From: an uncultured Nitrospiraceae bacterium
GTDB lineage: Bacteria; Nitrospirota; Thermodesulfovibrionia; Thermodesulfovibrionales; UBA6898
Length of the DNA: 32,000 nucleotides
Assembly (NCBI GenBank): GCA_964463135.1
Contig: CAYXBA010000003.1
Coordinates: forward strand, 228,012 to 260,011
Reading direction: 5' to 3'
The translations under genes were made by a program, and so were the position numbers. Of this stretch, positions 1 to 8,609 are shown piece after piece; the first letter of the stretch is position 1, and each line of letters starts with the position of its first letter. Below the pieces are notes generated by a model. The model was given only the letters and a program-made list of their open reading frames with translations. It had not been told where the DNA came from and made no database searches.

Positions 1-827
1 CGCTCCAGTCTGCCTTTTCAGCATTGAGAAGGGACATGGGCGATGTGGAAATCAGCGGTGTCGGCACAACAGGCAGCGGAAGGAAGCTGGCTGATTATAT
101 AGTAGGCGCTGACCAGGTGAAGAACGAGATCACTGCCCATGCGGTCTCTGCCATCCATCTTATCCCGAATGTGCGGACCATAGTCGAGATCGGGGGGCAG
201 GACTCGAAGCTGATCCTCATAAGGAACGGCGTTGTGGTCGATTTCTCGATGAACACGGTCTGCGCTGCAGGCACCGGCTCGTTCCTCGAGCATCAGGCAA
301 CGCGCCTGGGTATCGGGATCGAAGAGCTCGGCAATTATGCCCTCGCCGCATCATCCCCTGCCCGGATCGCAGGCAGGTGCACGGTCTTCGCTGAATCCGA
401 CATGATCCATAAGCAGCAGATGGGCCACAACCTCGAAGACATTGTTGCCGGTCTCTGCGATGCACTCGTCAGGAACTATCTGAACAACCTGTCCCGCGGC
501 AAAGAAATCAGCGACCCGGTCATATTCCAGGGCGGGGTTGCCGCAAACCCCGGCATCAAGGCATCCTTTGAGCGCGAACTCGGCAAGGAGTTCATCGTGC
601 CTCACTATTATCCGATCATGGGCGCCATCGGCGCTGCCCTTTTGAGCAGAAAGACAAAAAAGACACGGTTCAGGGGCTGGTCGTTGTCAGAAAAGCAGCT
701 TTCGACTTCGAGCTTCTACTGCTCTGACTGCCCGAACGCCTGCGGCGTGATGCAGATCAATGACTGCGATGCGGTGATAGCCCGCTGGGGTGACACCTGC
801 GGCAAATGGGGGCGGCTGGAAGAATGA
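1..827 (+). CDS. BcrA/BadF/HgdC-type ATPase ('activase' that delivers low-potential electrons to dehydratase/reductase partners); 5' end outside window
   Basis: The frame is open from nt 3 with no stop before the TTG at 24, so the N-terminus is cut by the window edge. Activase hallmarks: GVGTTGSGR, VEIGGQDSK, the two cluster-ligand contexts NTVCAAGTGSFLE and AGRCTVFAESD, and FQGGVAANPG. There is an extra Cys-rich tail FYCSDCPNACGV..DCD..GDTCGKW. The stop (825-827) overlaps the next start as ATGA. Confidence 0.8.
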   Translation, partial: LQSAFSALRRDMGDVEISGVGTTGSGRKLADYIVGADQVKNEITAHAVSAIHLIPNVRTIVEIGGQDSKLILIRNGVVVDFSMNTVCAAGTGSFLEHQATRLGIGIEELGNYALAASSPARIAGRCTVFAESDMIHKQQMGHNLEDIVAGLCDALVRNYLNNLSRGKEISDPVIFQGGVAANPGIKASFERELGKEFIVPHYYPIMGAIGAALLSRKTKKTRFRGWSLSEKQLSTSSFYCSDCPNACGVMQINDCDAVIARWGDTCGKWGRLEE

Positions 828-1438
828 AGAAACTTTTTCTTGCTTCACTCCTCCTCATTATCTTCACGTCAGTTTCCGCTGCCGACATCCTCGACGACCT
901 CAAGGCAAAGCAGGCAAAGATAAAGACCGTGAGCGCGAACTTTACGCAGGAGAAGAAGACCAAACTCCTCACCAAACCGATCAGGACCGACGGCCGCTTC
1001 CTGTACAAGCAGCCTGACAGGATCAGGTGGGAATATAAAGGGAACGTTAATCTGCAGGTCATCTTCAACGGCAAAGACATATGGCTCTACTATCCTGAAC
1101 TGAAAGAGGCAGATAAGTTATCCGGCCTCAGCCAGTATGGTTCGCTCATGCAGTTCGATGTGCTGAGCATGTCCCGCGACTATACGATCACCGCGCGGAA
1201 GGAAAAGACGATCATCTTCCTGAAGTTCTCGCCCAAGGCAAAAGGCCCGATCAGCCAGATAGAGATGGAAGTCCCTGAGGAATCATCCTTCCCGCGCATG
1301 GTGAAACTGTTCGACCAGAATAATGAACCGACCACGATCACCTTCAGGGATGTAAAGCTGAACCCTGATATGAAGGATGATAATTTTATCTTTGTGCCTG
1401 ACAAGGGTGTTACGGTAAGGGAAAGATCGCTCAGATGA
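824..1438 (+). CDS. LolA-like lipoprotein-carrier / lipid-chaperone fold protein, secreted
   Basis: The track ORF is 806-1438. I prefer ATG 824, which gives the signal peptide MKKLFLASLLLIIFTSVSA and an ATGA overlap with the upstream stop. It is a single ~200-aa domain with a LolA-like pattern (ANFTQEKKTKLLTKPIRTDGRFLYKQPDRIRWEY, DIWLYYPEL). Confidence 0.7.
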   Translation: MKKLFLASLLLIIFTSVSAADILDDLKAKQAKIKTVSANFTQEKKTKLLTKPIRTDGRFLYKQPDRIRWEYKGNVNLQVIFNGKDIWLYYPELKEADKLSGLSQYGSLMQFDVLSMSRDYTITARKEKTIIFLKFSPKAKGPISQIEMEVPEESSFPRMVKLFDQNNEPTTITFRDVKLNPDMKDDNFIFVPDKGVTVRERSLR

Positions 1439-2643
1439 GGACCCCGGTCATTACAGGCATAGGCGTCGTCTCCTCTATCGCTGTCGGAAGAGAGGCTTAT
1501 TGGGATGCCCTAAGCATCGGCAAGTGCGGCATCGGCGAAATAACGCTCTTCGACACCTCAGGCTTCAGGGGCAAGCTCGGGGCACAGGTCAGGGGCTTCG
1601 AACCGGATGACCACTTTGACCGCAAAGAGTCCCGCAGGCTTTCGCGCTGTAATATGCTCGGCACGGTCGCATTGCGGGAAGCACTTAAGGATTCTGGTCT
1701 TGATCTTCAGGCCATAGACAAGTCCCGGCTTGCGGTCGTGATCGGGAGCGGTTCAGGGGGACTGCTGCAGGGCGAAGAGTTCAGGAGAAGGATCTACCAG
1801 GGCAAGAAGCCAAAACCGACCCTTCTCACCTACTTTACCGCATCTTCGTTTACGGACTATATCGGCCTTCTGACCGGCGCCTGCGGGTTCCGTTCCACCA
1901 TCTCTACCGCCTGTTCATCGAGCAGCACAGCGATCGGCATCGCGGGCGAGATCATCAAAAAAGGCATCGCGGACTTTGTGATAACCGGCGGAAGCGAGTC
2001 CCTTGCAGAGACGACCTTTGCAGGTTTCAACTCTCTGCGCGCTGTTGACGAGGTGGCATGCAGACCCTTTGACAAGGAAAGGAAGGGCATATCCCTTGGT
2101 GAGGGCGCTGCCATCTATATTGTCGAAACAGCGGAGCATGCAGCGAAGAGAGGAAAGAAGGCATACGCAGAGATAGCAGGGTATGGCCTCTCCTGTGATG
2201 CCTATCATGTGACCGCGCCCGCGCCTGAAGGAACAGGCATTGCCCATGCGATCAGTCTGGCATTTAGGTCGTCAGGCATTGATGCATCAGAAATAGGTTA
2301 TATCAATGCCCACGGCACAGGCACACCGGCAAACGATCTGGCAGAGACCAATGCCATCAAGCTTGCGTTCCGGGAACACGCGAGCAGCATACCGGTCAGC
2401 TCGACAAAATCGATGATCGGACACTGCCTCGGTGCAGCAGGCGCAAAAGAAGCAGCTGCAGCTATCCTCCCTTTTGTCCGGGGCGTCATCCCGCCGACCG
2501 TGCATTACGAGAACCCTGACCCTGACTGCGACCTTGACTATGTTCCTCTGCCGCGCAGGAAGAACGATATCCAGCATGTGCTCTCCACGTCTGTGGCATT
2601 CGGCGGCAATAACACAGCCATGGTCCTGAAGAGGACTGCATGA
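1435..2643 (+). CDS. beta-ketoacyl synthase (FabF / KS-alpha type), catalytically competent
   Basis: 402 aa. Nucleophile context ISTACSSSSTAIG. His contexts YINAHGTGTPAND and STKSMIGHCLGAAG complete a Cys-His-His triad. C-terminal FGGNNTAMVL. ATGA overlaps on both sides. Confidence 0.9.
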   Translation: MRTPVITGIGVVSSIAVGREAYWDALSIGKCGIGEITLFDTSGFRGKLGAQVRGFEPDDHFDRKESRRLSRCNMLGTVALREALKDSGLDLQAIDKSRLAVVIGSGSGGLLQGEEFRRRIYQGKKPKPTLLTYFTASSFTDYIGLLTGACGFRSTISTACSSSSTAIGIAGEIIKKGIADFVITGGSESLAETTFAGFNSLRAVDEVACRPFDKERKGISLGEGAAIYIVETAEHAAKRGKKAYAEIAGYGLSCDAYHVTAPAPEGTGIAHAISLAFRSSGIDASEIGYINAHGTGTPANDLAETNAIKLAFREHASSIPVSSTKSMIGHCLGAAGAKEAAAAILPFVRGVIPPTVHYENPDPDCDLDYVPLPRRKNDIQHVLSTSVAFGGNNTAMVLKRTA

Positions 2644-3827
2644 TAGCGATCACAGGCATCGGCGTCATATGCCCTGCAGGTGTCGGCAGGGAAAACCTGA
2701 CGAGGTCCTTCCGTGAAACATGCGCCGGCATCGCAGAATCGGCCAGCTTAGGCCTTCCGTACGCGGGGATCTCGACGCTCGGTGAGGTCAGGGACTTTGC
2801 GGCAAAGGACCATATCCCTGTGATGAAGGCCCGCCGCATGTCGCGCTTCTCCCAGTTCAGCCTTGCCTCTGCGATCGAGGCCATGAAAGATGCAGGCTTT
2901 GCGGTCGATGACAGCAACCGCTGGCAGGTCGCTGTAGCGGTCGGTACAGGGGTTGCAAGCACCGGCAGCACTGACCAGTTCTTTGAAGGTCTTCTGAGGG
3001 AGGGGCCTGAGGGAACAAATCCGATCCTCTTTCCGGAGACCGTACAGAATATTGCGGCAGCCCATATCTCGATGCATTTCGGCACGCGGGGCCAGAACAT
3101 CACCTTCAGCCACAATGACATATCCTCTGAGCTGGCGCTTTTCTATGCCTGCGGACTCCTGAACGACGGGTTGGCCGATATGGCGATCGTATCAGGCGCT
3201 GATGAACTGAGCGTAGCAGAACTTGCCGGATATGCAGGCTTTCATGGGCTCTCAAACCATATGATGCCCTTTGACAGAAGAAGGAACGGCTTTGTGCTTG
3301 GCGAAGGCGCGGCAACGATCATCCTGGAGAGGAAAGAAGATGCAGTCAAAAGGGGGGCTGAAATGTACTGCACTATTGCAGCAGCAGAGATAACGTCATA
3401 TCCGACACCGATCACATCGTATGACCAGAGCCGTGAATCCATGAAGACCGCGATGTCTGCTGCACTGACAAAGGCGGGCCTCGAAGTTCCGGGATTTATT
3501 GCTGCATGCGCAAACTCTACATCTGGTCTCGATCATCTGGAGGCCGAATCGATCAGGGAACTCTTCGGCCAGGCAGCCCCGGTCACTGCCTTCAGGTCCT
3601 ATAATGGTTATTTCCCTGCAGACGGCATCCTGCGGATCGCATCAGCAGCACTCTGCCTCAATCAGGAAGCAGTTCCCGCAATAGCCGGACTGAAGGAGCC
3701 TATGGACGGATGCGGACTTGACCTGGTTATCGGCAAACCAAGAACAGTCCATGCTGACTCCGCGCTCATTAACTCCTTCTCAACAGGCGGAGCTGCGGCA
3801 TCAGTAGTGCTGAGGAAAGAAGCATGA
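2640..3827 (+). CDS. KS-like partner lacking the catalytic triad (chain-length-factor / KS-beta-like)
   Basis: 395 aa with KS architecture (starts ITGIGVICPAGVG, ends FSTGGAAASVVL). The nucleophile stretch reads NITFSHNDISSELALFYA, with no Cys. The two His positions read ACANSTSGLD and FRSYNGYFPADG, with no His. Confidence 0.8.
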   Translation: MIAITGIGVICPAGVGRENLTRSFRETCAGIAESASLGLPYAGISTLGEVRDFAAKDHIPVMKARRMSRFSQFSLASAIEAMKDAGFAVDDSNRWQVAVAVGTGVASTGSTDQFFEGLLREGPEGTNPILFPETVQNIAAAHISMHFGTRGQNITFSHNDISSELALFYACGLLNDGLADMAIVSGADELSVAELAGYAGFHGLSNHMMPFDRRRNGFVLGEGAATIILERKEDAVKRGAEMYCTIAAAEITSYPTPITSYDQSRESMKTAMSAALTKAGLEVPGFIAACANSTSGLDHLEAESIRELFGQAAPVTAFRSYNGYFPADGILRIASAALCLNQEAVPAIAGLKEPMDGCGLDLVIGKPRTVHADSALINSFSTGGAAASVVLRKEA

Positions 3828-5101
3828 GGCTGACCTTCGTCATACCCAAGTGGCCGAAAGGATCGCTCTGGTCGCATATGGTATTCCGATTTCCCTATCT
3901 CGGCATAACAACGCTTGCAGCGCTCACGCCCCCGGATGTTGAGATCGTGATCCAGGATGAGAACCTGCAGGAGATCTGCTTCGAAGGGTTCGACCTTGCA
4001 GCCATCTCGATCATGACGCCGCTTGCAGTGCGCGGCTATGAGATCGCTGACCGCTTCCGGCAGTCCGGCACAAAGGTGATCATGGGGGGCTTCCATGCGA
4101 CATGGCTCCCTGATGAGGCAGGCGAACATGCTGATGCTGTTATGATCGGCGAGGCTGACGCGGTCTGGCCGACGATCATTGCCGATGCGCTGGCCAATGA
4201 TCTGAAGGCACGCTATGCTCCGTCAGAACGCTCTGATTTCAGCGGACTTCCTCCCGCACGCAGAGAACTTTTGAGAAAAGACGGCTATCTATTCACCAAT
4301 ACGATCCAGACAACGCGGGGCTGCCCCTTTGACTGCGATTTCTGTTCAGTGACCGCTTTTTACGGCAATACGTACCGGTACCGGCCGCTGGAAGATATTG
4401 AAAAAGAACTCCAGTCCATTGCCGGAGGTTCCAACTTTATTTTCTTTGTTGACGACAATATCACCGGTAATCCCGGCCATGCCAAAAAGCTCTTTGAACT
4501 TTTGAAAGGATATAAGTTCAGGTGGCTCAGCCAGACGTCCATAACCTTTGCGGACAATCCGGAACTGCTGAAACTTGCTCAGGAGAGCGGCTGCCACGGC
4601 ATGTTCATCGGGTTCGAGACCCTTATGCAGGAGGGGCTTGATATCCTGAACAAGAAGACCAACAAGTCGGCCAAATATGCAGACTCGATAAAGCGCATCC
4701 ATGATCACGGCATCGGCATACAGGGGTCATTTATTTTCGGATATGACTGGGACACCCCGGCATCCTTTGAGGCTGTCGTTGATTTTACGGAAAGGAACCG
4801 GCTCGACAGCACGCTCTTCACCATACTCACGCCCTACCCCGGAACAAGGGTCTTCAGCAGAATGATGGAGCAGGGAAGGATCCTTACCACGGACTGGTCA
4901 AAATACGACATGGCCCATGTTGTATACAAACCGATAAATATGACTGCTGAGGAACTGCAGGAAGGCTACCTCTGGGCAAACCGGCAGTTCTATTCCTGGG
5001 GCTCCATGTTCAAGAGACTGCCTGCATGGCGCAGGAGTCTCCTGGTATTCGGCCCGATGAACTGGGGTTTTAGAAAGGCCTGGCAGGAGTTCACTTACTG
5101 A
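3824..5101 (+). CDS. B12-binding-domain radical SAM enzyme (paralog 1)
   Basis: 425 aa. The N-terminal Rossmann-like cobalamin-type domain (LGITTLAALTP..VEIVIQDEN..KVIMGGFHAT) is followed by a radical SAM core with TTRGCPFDCDFCSV (CxxxCxxC) and FFVDDNI. Confidence 0.85.
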   Translation: MRLTFVIPKWPKGSLWSHMVFRFPYLGITTLAALTPPDVEIVIQDENLQEICFEGFDLAAISIMTPLAVRGYEIADRFRQSGTKVIMGGFHATWLPDEAGEHADAVMIGEADAVWPTIIADALANDLKARYAPSERSDFSGLPPARRELLRKDGYLFTNTIQTTRGCPFDCDFCSVTAFYGNTYRYRPLEDIEKELQSIAGGSNFIFFVDDNITGNPGHAKKLFELLKGYKFRWLSQTSITFADNPELLKLAQESGCHGMFIGFETLMQEGLDILNKKTNKSAKYADSIKRIHDHGIGIQGSFIFGYDWDTPASFEAVVDFTERNRLDSTLFTILTPYPGTRVFSRMMEQGRILTTDWSKYDMAHVVYKPINMTAEELQEGYLWANRQFYSWGSMFKRLPAWRRSLLVFGPMNWGFRKAWQEFTY

Positions 5102-5514
5102 TGCTCAATAAGTATAAAGCGACCGTGACGCGCTTCCTGAAGAAAGGGCTCGCGCCATCAGAGATCGCCTTTGCGATCGCACTCGGGAATTTTGTCGGCA
5201 TCCTCCCGCTTGTGGGCCTTCATACGCTCGTGGCAATCGGCCTTGCGCATCTCCTGAGGCTGAACATCATGATCGTATTTCTCGGCACCCAGATATCGAA
5301 CCCGATATCGTTTCCCTTTATTCTTTTCATCAGCGCCCAGATCGGCAGCCTTTTGCTGAGCGGCAGTCTGCTGAATATTCAGTTCACCACTGACCTCGCG
5401 ATCCTGAAGACCTATATCATGCCTACGATCATCGGCGGTGTTATTCTCGGTCTCGCGGTCAGTTCCGTCTCATACGTTCTCACGCTCAAGATCGCCAGGC
5501 GCTTCAGAACGTGA
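5101..5514 (+). CDS. DUF2062-family small membrane protein
   Basis: 137 aa with about 3-4 TM helices. The N-terminal GLAPSEIAFAIALGNFVGILPLVGLHTLVAIGLAHLLRLN..ISNP pattern is typical of DUF2062. TGATG overlap with the upstream gene and GTGA overlap with the downstream gene. Confidence 0.6.
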   Translation: MLNKYKATVTRFLKKGLAPSEIAFAIALGNFVGILPLVGLHTLVAIGLAHLLRLNIMIVFLGTQISNPISFPFILFISAQIGSLLLSGSLLNIQFTTDLAILKTYIMPTIIGGVILGLAVSSVSYVLTLKIARRFRT

Positions 5515-6851
5515 AGGTCCTCCTCGCGTACCCCTTCAGGGAAGACACTTACCGCAAGGTCGGCTTCATCCTCCCGCCCATGGGCATTGCCTATATCGCA
5601 TCCGTACTCAGGAACAACGGGCATGAGGTGAAGATCGTCGATTTCAATGTCACGGATGAAAAGATCGATTACTCCGGGTTTGATATTGTCGGCATCTCTG
5701 CTGACACGAGCAGATACAAGAGCGGTCTTCTGCTTGCGCAGGAGGCAAAGCAGGCAGGCTGCACTGTGGTCATGGGCGGCCCGCATGTCAGCTATAAGGA
5801 TGAAGATGCGCTCAGGACCGGGTTCTGTGACTTTGTTGTGCGCGAGGAAGGCGAACAGACGATGCTCGAACTTGCAGATACCCTCGGCACTGAGCAGGCC
5901 TATGCTGTCAGAGGCATCAGCTATCTGAAGGACGGCGAAATCCAGAGGACTCCCGGCAGGGGGTTCATCGACAATATCGACGACCTCATTCCTGCCCGCG
6001 ACCTGCTGGATATGAAGTCCTACCGCCACCTCGAGATGGGCAAGAGGAAAATGACATCTATTCTTACCAGCAGGGGATGCCCGTTCGGCTGCTCCTTCTG
6101 CTGCTCCACCGAGTTCAGCGGAAGGAAGTGGAGGTCCCGCAGCCCCCTGAAGATCGTGGACGAGATAGAAGACATTGTCACAAACCATGACTTCAACGGC
6201 ATAGCCTTCCTTGACGACAACTTCACCCTCGACCCCAAGCGGGTCATCGCGATCTGCGACGAAATCGTGCGCAGGAATATCGACATCTACTGGTGGTGCT
6301 TTTCACGCGCTGACACGCTCCTGAAGAACGAGGCGATGGTCGCAAAGATGGCTGCAGCAGGCTGCAAGTACATCTTCATCGGCTTTGAGTCGCGCCACCA
6401 GTCAACGCTCGACCAATACAACAAGAGCATCACCGACAGCATGGCAAAGGATGTGACCGAACTCCTGAGAAGATACAATATCTCTGTTCATGCGAGCTTC
6501 ATCATCGGCAACATCGACGAGACACGGGCAATGGTGATGGAAACCGTGCGGTACGCAAAGCAGATCGATCCCCAGGCAGTGCAGTTCACGATCCTTACTC
6601 CCTATCCCGGCACAAGGCTTTTTGACGAGGTGAAGGACCGGATCATTACTGATGACTGGGACCTGTATGACTGTCTGCACTCTGTGGTGCGCACTGACCA
6701 TCTCGGGCAGAAGGAGCTTGAGGCCCTGCTTAAAAAGGCCTATCTGACGTTCTATCTCTCGCCGAGCAAGGTCGCGGCCGGCCTCCTGAGCAGCTTCCGC
6801 GGCAAGGGCATCAAGCTCAGCTCCATACTCAGGATATTCAGGGGCCTCTGA
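5511..6851 (+). CDS. B12-binding-domain radical SAM enzyme (paralog 2)
   Basis: 446 aa with a GTG start. MKVLLAYPF..MGIAYIASVLRNNGHEVKIVD is the B12-type domain. Cluster motif TSRGCPFGCSFCCS, then FLDDNF. Confidence 0.85.
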   Translation: MKVLLAYPFREDTYRKVGFILPPMGIAYIASVLRNNGHEVKIVDFNVTDEKIDYSGFDIVGISADTSRYKSGLLLAQEAKQAGCTVVMGGPHVSYKDEDALRTGFCDFVVREEGEQTMLELADTLGTEQAYAVRGISYLKDGEIQRTPGRGFIDNIDDLIPARDLLDMKSYRHLEMGKRKMTSILTSRGCPFGCSFCCSTEFSGRKWRSRSPLKIVDEIEDIVTNHDFNGIAFLDDNFTLDPKRVIAICDEIVRRNIDIYWWCFSRADTLLKNEAMVAKMAAAGCKYIFIGFESRHQSTLDQYNKSITDSMAKDVTELLRRYNISVHASFIIGNIDETRAMVMETVRYAKQIDPQAVQFTILTPYPGTRLFDEVKDRIITDDWDLYDCLHSVVRTDHLGQKELEALLKKAYLTFYLSPSKVAAGLLSSFRGKGIKLSSILRIFRGL

Positions 6852-8260
6852 TGCGAGTCCTGCTCGTCTCCCCGAACCGTGAGCATCTGCCTGATCCGGT
6901 CTTTCCTCTCGGCCTCTCGTACATTGCATCCGCTCTCAGAAAGCATGATCACGCTGTCAGCATGATCGATCTCTGCTTTTCTGAGGATATGGACAAGGAC
7001 ATTGAAAAGGCTGTCCGCACTTCCCGGCCGGATGTGATCGGCATGTCGCTCAGAAATATCGATGACGTCTGCTACCCGAAGCAGCACTCCTATCTGCAGG
7101 AATATAAGACCACGATCGGATCTCTCAGAAGGTACTCTCAGGCCCCGATCGTTTTAGGCGGTTCCGGCTTTACCATTATGCCTAATGCGTTCATGCAGGA
7201 ACTCGGCGCTGATTTCGGGATCACAGGCGAAGGTGAAAAGGCCTTTCCTGAATTGCTGAAGAAGATAACCTCCCTCGCTCCCTCCCTGGTAAGGAAGGAA
7301 GCTGAAATACGTGGCGCGGCTGCCGGGCATGTCCTCCCTCCTTTCCAAGGCGGGATTGAGGGGGGTAATGATCGCATCATTTCATCCCGCTCGCGGATCA
7401 AGGATCTGGACTGCGTTGTCCCTGACCGGGAACTCTTTGACAGCAGTTCCTATTACCGTCTCGGCGGCATGCTGAATATCCAGACAAAAAGGGGCTGTCC
7501 CTTCAAATGCATCTACTGCACGTATCCCAAAGTGGAGGGCAGGACCGTCAGGATGCGCAGCCCGCAGTCAGTTGCTGATGAAATGGAAGCGATCATAGCA
7601 AATACAGGCGCACGCCACTTCTTCATCGTTGACAGCATCTTCAACTATCCGGTCAGCCATGCAAAGGCGGTCTGCGATGAGATCATCAAACGCGGCCTCG
7701 ATATCCAGTGGTCGTGCTACGCAAATCCTGCTCACATGACAGAGGACCTTGCAGACGCCATGGTCAGGGCCGGCTGCACCGGTGTTGAGTTCGGCACCGA
7801 CTCTCTTGTTGACGAACTGCTCAGGAACATGGGCAAGAGCTTCACCTTCAGCAAGGTAAGGAAGGCATCGCTCATATGTAAGAATGCAGGCCTGAAGTTC
7901 TGCCATTTCATCTTTGCAGGCTCACCGGGAGATACTGATGAGACGATCAAAATGACCCTTGCGCGGCTTGAAGAGATCGCGCCGGATGCTGCGGTGATCA
8001 TGGCAGGGATCAGAATATTCCCCGGCACAGTCCTGGCAGAGCGTGCAAGGCAGGACCTCGGCATCTCGACCATAGGCCTTAAACCGGTCTTCTATCTTTC
8101 AGAAAAACTGACGGATTACGATGCCGTGGCCGAGGCGGTCTCGAAGAAAAAGAACTGGATCATGCCGGGGTATGAGATCAATTTTTATCCGCGCCTCCAG
8201 AAGAAGCTCAGGGAGCACGGCATCAAGGGTTCGCTCTGGGAAGGACTGGGGAAACGGTGA
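6851..8260 (+). CDS. B12-binding-domain radical SAM enzyme (paralog 3), with a 13-codon insertion
   Basis: 469 aa. MRVLLVSPN..LGLSYIASALRKHDHAVSMIDL is the B12-type domain. Cluster motif TKRGCPFKCIYCTYP, then FIVDSIF. It carries the extra segment HVLPPFQGGIEGG relative to paralog 2 (see repeat feature 7333-7365). Confidence 0.85.
   Translation: MRVLLVSPNREHLPDPVFPLGLSYIASALRKHDHAVSMIDLCFSEDMDKDIEKAVRTSRPDVIGMSLRNIDDVCYPKQHSYLQEYKTTIGSLRRYSQAPIVLGGSGFTIMPNAFMQELGADFGITGEGEKAFPELLKKITSLAPSLVRKEAEIRGAAAGHVLPPFQGGIEGGNDRIISSRSRIKDLDCVVPDRELFDSSSYYRLGGMLNIQTKRGCPFKCIYCTYPKVEGRTVRMRSPQSVADEMEAIIANTGARHFFIVDSIFNYPVSHAKAVCDEIIKRGLDIQWSCYANPAHMTEDLADAMVRAGCTGVEFGTDSLVDELLRNMGKSFTFSKVRKASLICKNAGLKFCHFIFAGSPGDTDETIKMTLARLEEIAPDAAVIMAGIRIFPGTVLAERARQDLGISTIGLKPVFYLSEKLTDYDAVAEAVSKKKNWIMPGYEINFYPRLQKKLREHGIKGSLWEGLGKR
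7333..7365 (+). repeat. C-rich/G-rich hairpin-forming element embedded in frame in the radical SAM gene
   Basis: CCTCCCTC (7333-7340) pairs with GAGGGGGG (7358-7365): 8 pairs including one T:G. The loop is 17 nt. The element lies entirely inside the 39 nt (7328-7366) encoding HVLPPFQGGIEGG. That segment has no counterpart in my by-eye alignment with paralog 2. Confidence 0.4.
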
Positions 8261-8310
8261 AACGATGGAGCTATGTGGTGGAGTGAAGCGGAGCCCGCAC
8301 GATTGATTTG

Positions 8311-8526
8311 CTAGGTTACCGCAATTTTTTCTTCTAAATATCCTGTTCCTACTGCAGCAAGGGCGTCCTGCCGGTTAAATTCAAGCGCTTCTTTCAGGGT
8401 AAGTCGAAGACTTTCAACAAGCTCATCATGGGTTTGCTCCTGACAGTTCACGCCTGGAAGTTCCTCTATCCACCCAATCCACCAGTCACCAGACTGCTTT
8501 ATAACTGCTGTATATTCGGCATTCAT
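8311..8526 (-). CDS. hicB: HicB-like antitoxin-family small protein (no HicA partner seen)
   Basis: 71 aa. YTAVIKQSGDWWIGWIEELPGVNCQEQTHDELVESLRLTLKEALEF fits the short HicB/UPF0150 pattern. The flanks (8261-8310 and 8527-8609) are too short and closed to encode a toxin. Confidence 0.55.
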   Translation of the reverse strand: MNAEYTAVIKQSGDWWIGWIEELPGVNCQEQTHDELVESLRLTLKEALEFNRQDALAAVGTGYLEEKIAVT

Positions 8527-8609
8527 ACTCTACCTCGTTATGCCCAGATTATAGCGCAACGACAGGCACTATTAGTATTGTTTTATAAAACTCGATGCCT
8601 TTGTTGTGC

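Noticed and set aside
806-823. Upstream start (MGAAGR) for the LolA-like gene
   Set aside because: ATG 824 gives a clean signal peptide and the ATGA stop/start overlap seen at the other junctions of this operon.
2486-3121. Long antisense ORFs inside the lipid operon. Examples: 2486-3121 (211 aa), 3662-4129, 5412-6188 (258 aa), 6402-6929 and 7568-8073
   Set aside because: All lie opposite genes with clear catalytic motifs. Their translations are Arg/Ala/Ser/Cys-rich low-complexity sequence with no recognisable domains, as expected for shadow ORFs.
8261-8609. Search for a HicA toxin partner of the HicB-like gene
   Set aside because: Neither flank (50 nt and 83 nt) contains an ORF of useful size on either strand, so no toxin-antitoxin pair can be claimed.
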